Of a DNA stretch of 64,000 bases, positions 1 through 13,570 are shown piece after piece. The stretch is from NCBI RefSeq assembly GCF_963506605.1, contig NC_083284.1, forward strand, positions 50,530,001 to 50,594,000, given 5' to 3'. Positions within the stretch are counted from its first letter, which is position 1. Every line of letters begins with the position of its first letter. Below the pieces are notes generated by a model. It searched no databases, was not told where the DNA came from, and saw only the letters and a program-made list of their open reading frames with translations. This stretch comes from Zootoca vivipara (lineage: Eukaryota). The position numbers and the translations under genes were made by a program.

Positions 1-255
1 AACAGGTGGGGAGAGTAACAGTACAGATCTGATTATTGCTGAGGCTATAAGAGCACTCTGCAATGTTGTATTCTATGTTATTTTTTGACAACGAGGCCTG
101 GGTGCACTGATTCAGAAAGGTCAATGATGAGGCAGTTCTGCATACATCTGGTCTGGAATCTCTCGTTTAGGTATTGTAATAATAGATTACACAAGAACAA
201 TGACAGTGAACACCTAAATATAATAAATACCATTAAATTAATCATAATTACTTAA

Positions 256-493
256 TAAAAAAATTCCTTCAGTAGCACCTTAAAGACCAACTAAGTTTTT
301 AGTTTGGTATGAGCTTTCGTGTGCATGCACACTTCTTCTTTCATGCGGCTCAATGTGGTGCCTTCCATAGTTCTAGTTACAGGTAAGTAGCCGTGTTGGT
401 CTGAGTCGAAGCAAAATAAAAAAATTCATTCAGTAGCACCTTAAAGACCAACTAAGTTTTTATTTTGGTATGAGCTTTCGTGTGCCTGTAACT
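256..493 (-). mobile_element. Penelope-like element terminal fragments (partial tandem plus short inverted end) with hammerhead remnant
   Basis: Two tandem partial copies of the GTAGCCGTGTTGGTCTG...GTAGCACCTTAAAGACCAACTAAG...GAGCTTTCGTGTGCATGCACAC unit, ending in CTGTAACT (inverse of AGTTACAG). Flanked by the direct repeat ATAATTACTTAA (244-255, 494-505). The same unit occurs at 20018 and 45902. Confidence 0.7.
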
Positions 494-906
494 ATAATTA
501 CTTAAGAAATTTATTGCTCTTATGCAGAGCAAAAATGTAATAATTTTTGTTTTTTGTTTTTGCACATTCAGGCTGGTGACTAATCACTTTTATGTTTTGT
601 TCTCAAAACAAAGGAGGGGTCTATGCAATCTAGTTAAGGTTGGTTTGGGCTTGCCCAGATAGATAGAATATGTTTGTACATTAGTCATTCACCCATCTTT
701 GAAACCCACTTGGGTTCCAGAGAACCCTTGCATAGAGCAGAATAGTAATGTGAAAACTGACACACAATTCACTGTGGCGACAGTTCCTAGGCTACTTATG
801 CTGGAGTTTTGGCAATAAAGTCAGTAGAAATACAGTGTGCTAGTGCTCATCCCATGATAAGAAATGAACCAGATTGATGGTAAAAGGGAACACAAACTCA
901 TAGGGA

Positions 907-985
907 GTAAAGGTAAAAGGTAAAGGTAAAGGTAAATGACCCCCTTGACAGTCAGGTCCAGTCAAAGGCGACTATGGGGTGTGTG
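907..985 (-). mobile_element. Sauria SINE 3' fragment
   Basis: (GGTAAA)n is the reverse complement of the (ACCTTT)n tail. It is followed by GACCCCCTTGACAGTCAGGTCCAGTC...GACTATGGGGT, homologous to the 3' end of the copy at 44654-45063. Confidence 0.75.
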
Positions 986-1529
986 ATGGCTGTGTTCTAC
1001 TGTGCCTCTGAATGCCAGTTGCTGGAAATCACAAGTTGGAGAGCACTGTTGCAATAAAGTCCTGCTTACTGTCTTCATTAGGTTCATCTTGGTAATGTCT
1101 GCCAATTACTGACCCTCAATATTTTGTAAATTTGTGACATCAGACTTCTTGCTGAGAAATAGCTACAATAAATTTCAAATCATATTGTAATTATCAGACA
1201 GTAAAGATTTTACTGATACCAATGGGTTCTATTCTTTTCTTATAACTTTAAAAACGGAACCGAGTGACCTCCTTGTAGGATATCTACAAATTTGAAAACA
1301 TAAACCTCAAAGAAAAGCAGGTGTATATCTCAGGAAACATTTCGCCTCATTTATCCAATTAAGAAAACACCAGGTTAGAATCAATAGCTTTGCCTTCTGC
1401 ATAGACAGTATTAGGCTTTTAATGAGCAATGCAGAGGTTTCCCATCTGCCCCCAGTATTTGTTGTGGTTCTCTAATCTCATAATGTATCTGACCATCAGC
1501 TAAACATAGGTATCTCAGTTGTTGATTGA

Positions 1530-1794
1530 GGGCTTATCCACACTTACTTTTCATCCTCACTTTCCAGGCGCAGTCCACAATTTAAAGCTCTGTCCGAGCA
1601 CCCCCTTTTTAGCTCCAGAGTTTTCCCTGCGAAAACCCACTCTTTAAAATTCACTTGGAGCAAACATCAATTTGTGGAAAACCCAAAGCGACTTTGGTTC
1701 CGATTCAGGTTTAAAGAGTGGGTTTTCATGGAGCGTTAGAAGTGTGGACCTCTGCCTGGAAGGAGCAGGGCAAAAGGTAACTGTGGATAAGTCC
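1530..1794. mobile_element. Palindromic PIF/Harbinger-like MITE
   Basis: TIRs GGGCTTATCCACA / TGTGGATAAGTCC, 3-bp TSD TGA (1527-1529, 1795-1797), and perfect 18-bp internal inverted arms GAAAACCCACTCTTTAAA / TTTAAAGAGTGGGTTTTC. Confidence 0.7.
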
Positions 1795-2024
1795 TGAGAT
1801 GAATAACTTGTTTCCTATACATAACAACTTTAATGTACACATGTATCAGGTAGAAGCAATGACCCAGTTCACACAGAACAGGCCAAACCAAACATGTACG
1901 GTAGGTTCCTATGTAAGAGATCATAGCCCCTTTGCTCTCCTCCAGTCCTCCTACTGTGAGCAAAGCTATGGGTTGGTTTAGCATGTTGTTCAAAGTTGGG
2001 ATCTGACACTTGGTCACTCTAGAT

Positions 2025-2160
2025 CAGGCATCCCCAAACTTCGGCCCTCCAGATGTTTTGGACTACAATTCCCATCTTCCCCAACCACTGGACCCGTTAG
2101 CTAGGGATCATGGGAGTTGTAGGCCAGAACATCTGGAGGGCCACAGTTTGGGGATGCCTG
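2025..2160. mobile_element. hAT (Charlie-like) palindromic MITE, 136 bp
   Basis: TIR CAGGCATCCCCAAACT / AGTTTGGGGATGCCTG; perfect 8-bp TSD CTCTAGAT (2017-2024, 2161-2168); near-identical copies at 12706 and 45190. Confidence 0.92.
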
Positions 2161-5100
2161 CTCTAGATAAACCATAGACAAACGTCTCCAAAAGTGTCCC
2201 ACTGTCTAACATATCTAACCCCTCTTTCCCAGTGGCTCCAGGTCATGCATTGAGACCCTGAAGTTATGCCTCTCTAGCTAGCATTACATGTGGAACAAGT
2301 AGAATTTCTGAAAACGCTTCCTTGCAGATTCTAGACTTCAGCATTTTAGATAGCAACATAAATTTGGCTTACACAACTCAGTATTATATTTTTCAATATT
2401 AGTTGGACTTCCTGTGTACCATACCATAGACTCCTTTCCTTTATCAGCCTTCCTAGATAGGTCATATATCTGTTTTCCTGATACTATTAATGACAATTCT
2501 GTCTTTGTTCCTTAAATTATGTCTTTGTTGCTGAAATTCTCTGACCTCATGACTAAGTTACTACTGCTGCCAGTAAAATTAATTATCATAAGATTTTTTT
2601 CCTCATTCACACTGATCAAGACTGTAAAATGTGCAATGTAAATTAGGGCATCAGTGAGTTCATGTCCCAAGAAACTAATTTAAAAATCCCCTCTGGATTT
2701 ATTGTGAATTTCAAAATAGTCTCTTTTGATGCAGTGCTAGAGGTTTTAGTAGATTATAGCCAAAGTAACTACAGTTTGGAAAATACAAGCAACGTGGTTC
2801 CCAAATTAGGCAAATGTTTAATACAAAAGCATTGTGTAGCATTGTGTAGCTTCATATGTGAAGCTCAAATATCTTTTGAGCGTTTCCTGAAATATATATA
2901 TTTTAACATGGTTGCTAAAGTGAGAGAAGCTTTTGTAGTTTGAATGACTCTCCTGACCTGTTTGACATTTGCATTACAAACCAATATAAGCAACAACAGT
3001 AACAAAAACAAATAAAAATGTTAAGCTGTATGTAAGGAAATGACCTTTAGGCTTTGTCAAAACATTATACTGTATTGAACGTGTTATATTAGATGAAAGC
3101 GGAAACTATAGTTAATTGGAAATTTACTCATTTACTCACAGCCTGTGACAAAAGGAGAAGGGAAGAGATTGTACACAAAAGTTTTGTTCATACTTCTGCT
3201 TTGTAAGCCACATTATGTCCATCTGATCACAACCACTATGACAGAATTTTCCTTTGTTTCCTCCCTCTAATCTGGTAAATCAGTTTAAGTTTTGAATATG
3301 ATTAGATGCTTATCAGGCATAACTTATAATATTGTGTTTTAGATTCTGATGGTCAGTAATGCAGCAGTATTATTAATGGTCCACAAACATGTTTTTAAAA
3401 TTGATTCTTTTCTAGAAGCATGTGAACATTTGGAAATATGGAAAATTTAAAAATGCATATAGGTAAACAAATTATGAATATTAATTCCAGGATACTTCAT
3501 TTCGTTGTGTGGATTTTTTTTCTTTTCTTGTGCTTTATTTGGTTGAAAGACAATAGATACTTTAAGGAAAACAAATCAAAAGGTTGAAAACCTGAATAAG
3601 AAATGGAAAAAACAACCTATCTGTAATAGCTATGAAAGCCATCCCTGACTGAGGTGAGATGAAAGCATCCATGAAAATAGCCATAAAACAGTACTTTCAT
3701 ACATCATATTGAAATTATTTCAGTACTGTGCTTTATTAGATTTAAATCAAAGACTTGTTTACATGTTTTAGAAAGTGTATGCTGCCCTCCACCATATGCA
3801 AAGCAAGCCATGTTTGCATAAGTTTAATGTGTACACTTTCTGCTAAAAAAATAAGGTGGAAAATAGGCTGTATATCCTACATGTGGATCTTTGTAAATGA
3901 ATGAATGTGTGAGGAGAGGAGATAGTTGCTTTACTCCTCCTCTGGATCTGCTACAGTAAATCAAACCATTGTTTTACTTACCATGTAGTCCAGACTCAGG
4001 CTGGTGGTTTGTCATTTTGCTCACTCTTATAACTGCTTGCTTAGGTAAGTGATCTACATCCATGAGCTGTGTAACATAGAGAGAATTTGACCATTATCAT
4101 AATCAGGAAAACAAAATCTGATATTTTTTTCTTAACAGAACTAAACAGTGCACATTTACTCCCCCAACATTATATAACTTCTAATGTTCCATTGCTCATG
4201 AGAATGGGCAGTTCGCTCAGCTAGTTATACAGTATATACATGTCAGCTAGGTAGCATAAGAACTGCCTGAGTTGAGAAATAAATGTGTTCACTTTATGTT
4301 GCACTGCAAATTTGTTTTTACTAATACAGAACTAAATTTAGAAATACATATACTTAGATTAGGGCTGTAAATCTGTACCTCCTGAAGGTGATCTGCAGAA
4401 TAAATAGAAATGAAGAGAATCCAAATAAAGAGAAATGCCAGGGCTAGCATTCTAAACATGCAGCCAAGAAATATATGTCTCTGCCCTGTATTAAAGATAA
4501 AAGGATTTTGCAGTTAGGGTTTTGGAAACTTTGCTTTTGTAAGTTGCCTCAAGAACATCTAGCAAAAATGCCTTAGCAAAAGAGCTAGGAGTTTACAGTA
4601 AATCATAATCCCCTTTACAAGTAATGGAATGGAATGGATGGCAAGGTTTGATATACTATTTTCCCGAGAATTATAACTAGGTGCTGTATATTTAATTAGA
4701 AACTGATCTATAGTGGATTTCACATAACAAGGTACTACAGGTGAAAAAGTACTCATAACTGCACTGAGAGACAAATGCCAATGAATATGGCTAGTAGGGC
4801 TATGGTGTATGGAGCCCATTGGCCTACATCTGGTGCATCTATGATCCACTGAACCTATAGCCTAATCCATGTGGGTTACTTGGTTTGTCATTGTGCAGTA
4901 TCTCTGCATCTGCTTTTTATGGAGGAGTTGTCCCCACAATGAGAATTGGTGCAGCTACAGTTTTCCACATGTCCAAGGCCTGCTGTCAGTCACCTAGACA
5001 GGAATCCCACACTTTGGAGGGTTTGGCTCCAAGTGTTCCGTGTGTACGTGAAAATCACGTATAATCCAATCCTAGGAGCTGTCCTGTGGCTAGCGGCTGT

Positions 5101-6069
5101 GTGAGAGAGAGCCCCCCCCCCCAGCACTCCCAGAGTTGGTGTACCATGCTGTCCTTGCCCAGCAAGCAAGGCAAAGAGATTAAAAGCAGACAGAGTAGGG
5201 GAAGAAAGGTTTTCAGCTGCCCACATTTCTTGGCACTTGTGCAATTTCAGCTAGCCATGTGTGGTTGAAATTGAGCAAGTCAAATTCACGTATGATGCAG
5301 GATTACTGTATAAAAAGCTTACTCACACCAATATATACACAAATTATCTCCCAAAGCTGTGAACAAGAAAACAAAATATATCCCGGTACTTGTATTCTTA
5401 TAGGGTTTTAGGAAGCTTTAATAAATTTATGCATGCTTGATACTTCACACTTTAGCCTGTGTTCGGAGCTGTTTCTGTAAAGAGAAGAATCTTGTCAGTG
5501 ACTATTCATTCTCATTTTCCACTTTTTTTGAGCAGTTTTTCTATCCCTTTGTCTTGAATTTTTATGATGAGTTTTTCTAAGCAGCTACCGGTATATTCCA
5601 GAAAATGCTCTAAAGCACTAGTTATAAGTCACTAACATTGCATGTTGAATTTGAACTGTGTTCCTAATAGCTGAAAAACACTTCAAGAGTTCCCCTTCAC
5701 CAGTTGGAAGACTCTCTGATGGCCTGTGAAAAGCCCAAGAGCAATTATGAGTTATGGTCAGCAGCTGTGTATGCCTAGGTGCTTAGCAGGCCTGGCCTTA
5801 AGCAGCCTTAGGTGATGAACTTCCTTGTATTCAGCTGCAAAGTAGTGCTCCTTATCACCAGTACAAAATGGGAGTTTGCCTGCATTTGGAGGTTCCTAGT
5901 AAGCAAGATCCTCTTTTTCTGTGCAGGAAGCATAGTGTCCCCTTGTACAATATATGCTGCTTCCTTTTAATGGAGAAGGGTTGCTTGTTCAGTACAGAGT
6001 TAGGTTGTATTGGAAAAAATATAGGCGGCATATACACATGCTTGCCTGTGTGTTTTGTCCTTACATCAG

Positions 6070-6159
6070 CAATTGTAATGGTGGAGTCAAGATTTCTGTT
6101 GCGTGTTAGTGTCTGCAATTCCGAGGTGGAGTACTTAGAAGCATTCTGAGAAGACCAGG
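6070..6159 (+). other. Candidate non-coding (5'UTR-type) exon, 90 nt
   Basis: Pyrimidine tract and acceptor TTTTGTCCTTACATCAG, donor AGG|GTTAGT, in non-repetitive sequence. All three frames contain stops. Confidence 0.25.
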
Positions 6160-8229
6160 GTTAGTAATATTTCTTTCTTTATTAGTGCATAATGTTTGTT
6201 TCTGAGAAATGTTCCCTTTTTGTGCAAGTGCCCTTTCACCAGAGTTCCCATCACTAAGCCCCCCCCCCATGTTTTCTAAGTTCTGTAGACACGGATATGA
6301 ATGAAAGAACCCTGTGCCATTCACCTAATGCATTATGTGTGTATTTCATTTTATATCTTGTGGTACACTGATTGGCTGCATGTTTAGGACTGTGTAAAAG
6401 TTGGGGAGACTACAGGTTGAGCTGGTGTAATGTTACATTGCCAGGGATAAGACTGACCTGGGATTGAGCATAGGGTTCTGACTATGTCTAGTTCTTCACC
6501 TGCCACACTGGATTGCTACTTAAATTTTTACCCTTAGGCTTTGTACAATTATACTGGTATAATGGTTGTGCTGGCATAATATAATTCTGATGCTGCATCA
6601 GCATAAATCTCCAGTGGTCGTACATTGTATCATATTTGCACCAACTCAGGGATAGCATTGCACTTAAACCCCACACACATCCCAAAAATGGTTGTTTCTT
6701 TATCTTTTTTTCTTTTTAACAGTGTACTTGATGTGATTTGGGAGGATTTAATAGCTAAACCTTCAGCTCAGAATGAAAGGAAAGTGAAATGGCTCTACTA
6801 TAGCTTTGAATATTGAAAGTTTTTCTGATAGATTAAAATAGGCCTCCATTAGAGGGAGTTATACATTCATCATTAAATGTATCTGAAAGGTTTTCAAAAC
6901 ATCATAGGTGCTGTAGATTATCTCTTGGCAGCTGCAGAGCATTTCTAGAATAATTTCTACTCCATTCTGTCCCATATACTCAGGGTAGATTTGAAATGCT
7001 CCTTCCACCCCTCGGTTACAAGTACCATGCTCACATCCCTGCCCTAAACATTGAGAAAGTACAAAATGATTAAAAGGTTATATTGCATTTCTGTATGCTA
7101 TTAGTGAGATTTAGAGAAGGAAGCAATATTTTAGTCATCTTCCTGCTTTCTTGGTTTGGCCATGTTACTTCTAGTCTGGTTATTTTAGAAAATGGCTGCT
7201 TTGCTTAGATTCCCGAAATAAGATTAATAGCTGCAAGTGCAATGTAATCTCAGTGGGAGCTGATCATGGCCATTCCCATTCCCACAAAGTACTCACATAA
7301 AGTTTAGAAGAGCAGACACACAGTACACCAGAATTATTTTGACACCCTATCAGAAGCTGCCCCACCAAATCCCTCAAACTTATTTTTTCATGGTACACAT
7401 TTCTGAATTAAGGCAAACATAGGGTGAGCAATTCACAGGAGTAATTCAATTATCGCCAGCAGTGTAACCTGCATGATGTCAGTGACTATTATCCTAGGCA
7501 AGCTTAAAATGCATTGCATTTCCAATCCTCTGGTTCCATTGTGACATTGCTTTCTGTTAGTTGCCTTGGCTGCTGGTACCAAAGAGGAAAGTCTCCTACT
7601 TCAAAATATAGTATAAAACTAGCCTGAAGGAGCAGGTCTCTATGTGCATTAATATGCAATAAAACACTTCAAGGTATGTTGTAAATGCACTGGTAGGTGC
7701 ATTATAGCACTCAGGCTTGTGCCTAACAGCCTGCCTAAAAACACATCTATCACTAGGCTGAAAACATACCCATTGACTGTTAGTTTAATGTAGATGGTTC
7801 TGGTTGTGCAAGAAGTAGTAGCTGTGAAATATGGAATACATTTCCTTGCGTTACAAAACTCTTTTCCCTAGAAGTGGAAATAAATTACACATTTCACAGT
7901 AATTCATGTTACAGTTCTCTCTTCCTCTCTCTCTTTATAAATACAAACCAAGAGCATTTATTTATATACTTTTTTACCATATTCAAATTGTAACATTGAA
8001 ATCGTGACAAAGGCAGACAGAAATGGGTGACCACATTGTGGCAACTGAATTGATCACTGAAATTGATAGGTCATCAAGCATTTTAGGATTTTAACAGGTG
8101 GATGCCATGTGACATAACTAGGGCTCCAAATACTTTTGGGGCCTCCAGAAGTGAGAGGCATCGAACAAAGTGTTTCTAAGGTTGCAGGCACCAAGGGATT
8201 TGGAGGGAACAGTGCCAGGAAGGCGTATT

Positions 8230-8600
8230 TGTGCTTCATCATGGAGCAGGGAGACAGAGTGAAGCAGGAGATGGCCCATAAATGATGAAGGCTTTTAGGA
8301 CATTCAGTAGGAAGTGAATAAATTGCATTGGAGTTTCTGAAGCATGACAGGCAGAAGAGTTGAGAGAAATGGTGAGATAGTAGTTATATTAGAAGACAGG
8401 TGAGTGTGTTGCATTTCAATGGGGAGAAAAGTTAAAGCATTTCAGAATGGTGTGAAATAGGGAATCTAGAAATCTGTCTTTGGCCTTAACAAATAGGCTT
8501 CTTAAATTAGAAGAGAGTGCAGGAAAAATTGAAACTGGTATGTTACTGGAGTGATCACAAAGCTCTGTAGAGGCAGGACAGAAAGTAAGTGTGCACAGTT
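8230..8600 (-). mobile_element. Old L2-like LINE ORF2 remnant
   Basis: Degenerate purine-rich tract (GAGTGAAGCAGGAGATGG..., GAGAGAAATGGTGAGATAG...) resembling antisense L2 ORF2. Recognition only; no intact frame. Confidence 0.3.
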
Positions 8601-8885
8601 CAAAGAACTGAAAACATACGACCAAAATTATTGAATCATTTTCCAACTATCTTCTGCATACTAGGCAGGCAAATAATTAGTTTTAAAGAGCAGCAGCAGA
8701 TGAACTCGCAGAACCAGACATTGGCTTCTATAATGTTCAGTGTAAATCACTCCAATATTAGGGTTGCCATATGTCCTCTTTTTCCAGGACACACCCTCAT
8801 TTTCATTGGTAGCGTTGTCATAGTGATCCATAGTTAAAAGTAGAAGTTGGCAAATGTGTCCTCTTTTTTGGTCTTCAAAATATGG

Positions 8886-9086
8886 TAGGGCTGCCAGATG
8901 TCTGGGTTTTTCTGGACACATCCAGGAATCACTCAGAAAAATGGCATCCAGGCGGATTTTTGCCGAATTGACAAAATGTCTGGGAAGACCCAGACATACA
9001 GCAAGTCGGGCTATCTTTATTTTTAAAATCTTTTAAAAAATCAAAAGAAAGCCGCAAAACAAATAAACACCTATATGGCAACCCTA
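8886..9086. mobile_element. hAT (Tip100-like) MITE
   Basis: TIRs TAGGGCTGCCAGAT / ATATGGCAACCCTA; TSD degraded. A second left end, TAGGGTTGCCATATGTCC, lies at about 8759. Confidence 0.6.
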
Positions 9087-9844
9087 TAAATATCAAGGTT
9101 TTACATGGGAATTAAAGGGAAACGACTATTGTATAATAGCTTTGAAAAGCACGTCAACATACAAAGTCTATTTGAGCATTTCTAATGGCAAGAGATGTTT
9201 GAAATACCTACTGCATTAGAGAGAACAGGGTGGATTTTTCCTTTCTCTGAAAACTTGTACACTTTTACAGATAGGGCTGCTTTGTTGGTGGTCTTTACCA
9301 ATTCTTGTTGGTTAACTATAATGTTGTTTCTTCAGGAAAGCCAATTTTCTGTGCCAGACCACTATACAAAACCATATATTATTATTTCAGGATGTCTGCA
9401 AATACCTTACTGTGGGTGGGATTTCTTACAGTTCTGTGCAGACATGTTAGGCTGCCTCTTCTATTTTTTATTTTCCATTTTCAGATAAATCCCTTGTTGC
9501 TACATAAGCATCAATTTCTAATTAAAAAATATGCGACTTAAACAGAAGGTACTGGCACTATAGGAGCAAGAGCCAAAAACTTAAGTCCAAGCCTCCAGGT
9601 CACTTGGAGGCTGTTGTATTATGGAGATTAGACAGTATGGAAGCACTGCTGGCTGTAGCTGTGTAGGCAACTAGTTCCCTGCCAGATAAAAGCCAATATG
9701 CAGCAGCTGCTAGCAGAAGAAAATGTGAGAAAATGGCAGGTTATGAAAGAGAGAGCAAGTGGACTGATGAGATTCCAGTGGAAGAATTGTAAAAGGTCCC
9801 CCCCCCCAATATGTAGTAGTCAGAAAATGCATTTGGACTACTGC

Positions 9845-10860
9845 TGGAATTTATTTTTTTCTTTTAAAAATATATTTTTGAAAGTTTTCAACATAGCATA
9901 GAATAAAAACCAAACTAATCTAAAGAAAAATAATAAAAGAAAACAAAAAGAAAAATAAAGACAAAAAGAAGCAGGAGAAGATGAGAGAAGAAAAAAATGA
10001 ATGCAAAAGCTCTATCACAATTATATCAAATCCTTTTTTCCACGCACAGAAAAGTAGATCTTTCTACCTCTTACCTGGGAGCATATCTTTCTTCCCCCAG
10101 CCTCCCACCCTTGGAGAGCCTTTCTACCCTGCCTCTCACACAGCCCTTCATCTTCGATCTGTCACCTTCCTATGTATATTTTCATCAATCCAAAATAGGG
10201 AGCTTCTAAGAGGTAAAAATAAAAGTAGCTAGACTAAAAAGAAAAAGGAAGAGCTTCTGATTCTCTATTTGTCAATTATATGTAATAAAAATCATTCAAA
10301 ATATTCAAAGCATTTACCACTGGATAACATAGAGCTGTGTATTATATAGATGCTTATCAATCTACCTGGCATAATTCTTCCCCGGCATCTCAAATTCCCC
10401 TTTTTCACTCAAAAAGTCCAGAAATAATTCTTAAATTTTTGTTCTCCAGGATTGTCCTTCTCCAGTCCAGTTTAAAAAATTTCTCTCCAAGAATTCCATC
10501 TTAACAGTAGTCCTTTTTCTGCTTTTTCCAATTCTTTCCAACATCAGTCATCAGAGGCTTAGAAACTTCTTGTCTTGCAGTTGTCTCTTTGAACTAAATT
10601 GTCTTCTGCCCTCGACTCCTGTCTCCTCTGATCATAAGGTCCATCAACAAACCAGCTTTCTTTGTCTGTTTTGGTCTTTCAGCAAGACTGATGTCTCCTG
10701 TCACTCTCTGCACTCCTGCAACTCTCATATGGCAAGTCCTAGGCATTCTCCTGTTCAAGAATATTTCTCTTGAAATTTTATACATTTTGGCTCTTAGTTC
10801 TACGAGCTGCTCATTCAACATTTGCCTTATGATGATCAGAAGGGCATTCAACCCTTCTGT
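9845..10860 (-). mobile_element. Degenerate L1-like LINE fragment
   Basis: Minus strand is A/G-rich with broken Lys/Glu-rich frames typical of squamate L1 ORF1/UTR; no clean domain motif. Confidence 0.3.
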
Positions 10861-10864
10861 GATG

Positions 10865-11094
10865 TAGTGGCATAGTAGAGGGCACAAAATCGTTAGGGGC
10901 ACAAAATTTCAACACCTAGTGCAGCTTCAACACAGCTGCACACTTCTGTTGCTGGGCTGCATTGGAAACATGTTCTCCATGCAAACCACTAAGTGACCTC
11001 TCCAAACACATGTGTACTCCATCCGTTTCCCTCCTTCCCCCCCCCCCCCCCCCCCCCGCATAGCCCTGGGCACTGGCAACCCACTATGCCATTC
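10865..11094. mobile_element. Degenerate hAT-like MITE with poly-C core
   Basis: Inverted termini AGTGGCATAGT / ACTATGCCATT; internal C homopolymer at 11037-11057. Confidence 0.45.
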
Positions 11095-12270
11095 AACCAT
11101 ATTTTTGCCATGTTTCTGTTGGTGTTCTATCTTTGTTGGTGTTTCCCTTCGTTATCTTCCTTCCAGGACCTTTGTTATGTTTACATATTCTTCCTTCAGA
11201 TAAGGATAGGCTTCTATTTTATCTTGGTTATTTTAATCACCACATAATTATCTCTGCCAATGGGAACATGGGCAGCGGATAACTTAGTCTGCCTTTTTCC
11301 TCTCTGGAAGTCCTGAGTACTGCTGAAATTTCTTCAGGAGTCACTCTGAGGTGTGGTGTCCATTTCTGGAAAAGAAGAAAACTATGATTCCAAAAAGCTA
11401 TGCTGCTTTTTCTTCTGGGAAGGATTTACATTGTCCCCTCCCCCATGGTAATAATAAGTGGGTGGATGTTTTTAAATGAAGCAAACATATTTGTAATATA
11501 CCTGTATCATAATGTTATTTTTGCATTGAAATAAATGCATTCTTTTTTTTGCAAAATATTATGCTAATTTTGAAACTTTTAAGGAATTATCGTAATTACT
11601 TCAAGTTTTATATTCTTAATTCTCATTTTAAAAGCAAGGTGGCATCACACAATTTGAATCTTCCTAGTTGAAAGTGTTTGTTGATCTAAGACTCTAAAGC
11701 ATGGACTCAATGAAATAATTTGTCCTTAAGCACTTAACCAGCAGTCCTGTTTCATGTTCCAGTATGATAACAAAAGTATGTATGCTTCATTTGTACACTA
11801 ACTGTCTCTTTTATTAAACATCTGATGCCTGTGTGCCCTTTTTCTCTGAAGTCCACTGATTAACTGATGATATCTTCACTTGTGCTCAAAGCCTAGGGGC
11901 AATTAACTGGTTAAAACTGTTTTCAGATCATGAAAAACATAACTGTTCGGGTTTTAGTTTTGGGATATGAACTGAGTGAGTTTCTTTGTATCATACATAG
12001 TATGTTTTGGGGGGTGAGGGTGGCTGTGATTCAGACAGATCAGCTTTGAATAATGTCATTAAAATCTGAGACATTAGTCACATTGTCATTTCCATATTAT
12101 AAATGTAATAAAATTATATGGGAGCAGTCATGTGTCTATGGATATTACAGTAACCAGAGTAGAATTCCTGCTTCTTTGGGTAGGAGAAGGCATTCTGGTT
12201 AGGGTGGTCGCATATACATCCTTTAAAAAGAGAAAATGCATCACCAAAGAAGAGCACATATCTGCATATA

Positions 12271-12509
12271 CCCTGTTTCTCCGAAAATAAGACGTAGCCA
12301 TAAAATAAGATGTAGCAGGATTTTAAGCATTCAAGGAATATAAGCCATACCCCGAAAATAAGACATAGTGATAGGCGCAGCAGCAATGCCGGCCGCGGCA
12401 GGAGGAGGAGGAGGGAAAAAAAATAATATATCCCCTGAAAATAAGCCATAGTCTGTTTTTTTGAGGAAAAATAAATATAAGATGGTGTCTTATTTTCAGA
12501 GAAACACGG
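12271..12509. mobile_element. Tc1/mariner superfamily (Tc2/pogo-like) MITE
   Basis: TA TSDs (12269-12270, 12510-12511), TIRs CCCTGTTTCTCCGAAAATAAGAC / GTCTTATTTTCAGAGAAACACGG, and internal repeats of AAAATAAG(A/C)C. Related to the element at 36965-43771 in the opposite orientation. Confidence 0.85.
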
Positions 12510-12672
12510 TATGTATAGGCACAAATTTTGAAATAATATAATAGAAATACAACCATAGATTGTAAGTCCTGCATTCCTGCTTAATCTGCTGTTTGGATCC
12601 AAACTGTTGATGAGCAGCAGCAACAACCCTGCTCACTATTCTGAGGATTCTCTATCTTTAAACTTAACTTGG

Positions 12673-12700
12673 AATCATAGAATCATAGAGTTTGAAGGGC
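12673..12700 (-). mobile_element. CR1 LINE extreme 3' tail fragment
   Basis: ATCATAGAATCATAGAGTTTGAAGGG is the antisense of the (ATTCTATG)n CR1 tail. Confidence 0.55.
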
Positions 12701-12705
12701 TAGAC

Positions 12706-12841
12706 CAGGCACCCCCAAACTTCGGCCCTCCAGATGTTTTGGACTACAATTCCCATCATCCCTGACCACTGGTCCTCTTAGCTAGGGATCATGGGAGTTG
12801 TAGGCCAAAACATCTGGAGGGCCGCAGTTTGGGGATGCCTG
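12706..12841. mobile_element. hAT (Charlie-like) palindromic MITE, 136 bp
   Basis: Same family as 2025-2160; 8-bp TSD GGCTAGAC (12698-12705, 12842-12849). Confidence 0.92.
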
Positions 12842-13099
12842 GGCTAGACAGTCATTCACATAGAAGACAGAGGTGTGTCGTCTCAATTTTGTTTTATTTT
12901 TAAGGAGTAGGAAACATGGCTTTCACGTTTAACAAAAATAAACTAAAAACCCAGTTCTGTCTTTTTATTAAAAAGTCTCTGGTTTCAAAAATTTGAAAAA
13001 TAAATAGGAAAATATTACTACCCCCCCACATCCCTAAATTTGTAATCTGCTTGGATAGTTTTCAATCTTGTCCAATTAGGCCTGCAGTACCTTCATCCT

Positions 13100-13570
13100 G
13101 CATGATGATACCTTCCATTTTTAAAAAAAACAAACAAACACCCACCTTCATCTTTCATTTCTTCTGCAGTGGAGCAGCTTCTTCCTTCTGTTCCTGCACT
13201 GACAGCTGAAAACAATTGATTTCACTCGGTTTTCATTGGTTTTTAGTATTTCCCTTACCCCACCTTCTCTTTGTCTTCGGTGTTTGTTTTGTTTTTTCAA
13301 CTTCTGCATCCTCCATCTTTGCTATCTAAAAGCTTTCATTTGGTTGAACTTGTAACAGCTTAACTCTTGTGCAATTCTTGTGACAATTGGTTTTATTTTC
13401 CAGAAAACAACCCTTTTAGACATTGTTTATGGAATATTACAGCTTCAGTGAAACACTGCTCTACCTTTTGAACTGCATCTTCTTTGGTCTCTCTATCAAG
13501 GCCTAATTCTTCTCTTTCATCACTATGTAGCCTTTTACTTTGCTGAATTGCTATGCTGGCTTCTTAACAT
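13100..13570 (-). mobile_element. Possible degenerate L1 ORF1 fragment
   Basis: T/C-rich plus strand whose complement gives broken coiled-coil-like K/E-rich frames. Confidence 0.25.

Noticed and set aside
12114-12626. 170-aa hydrophobic minus-strand ORF
   Set aside because: Spans an AT-rich MITE; low-complexity chance frame.
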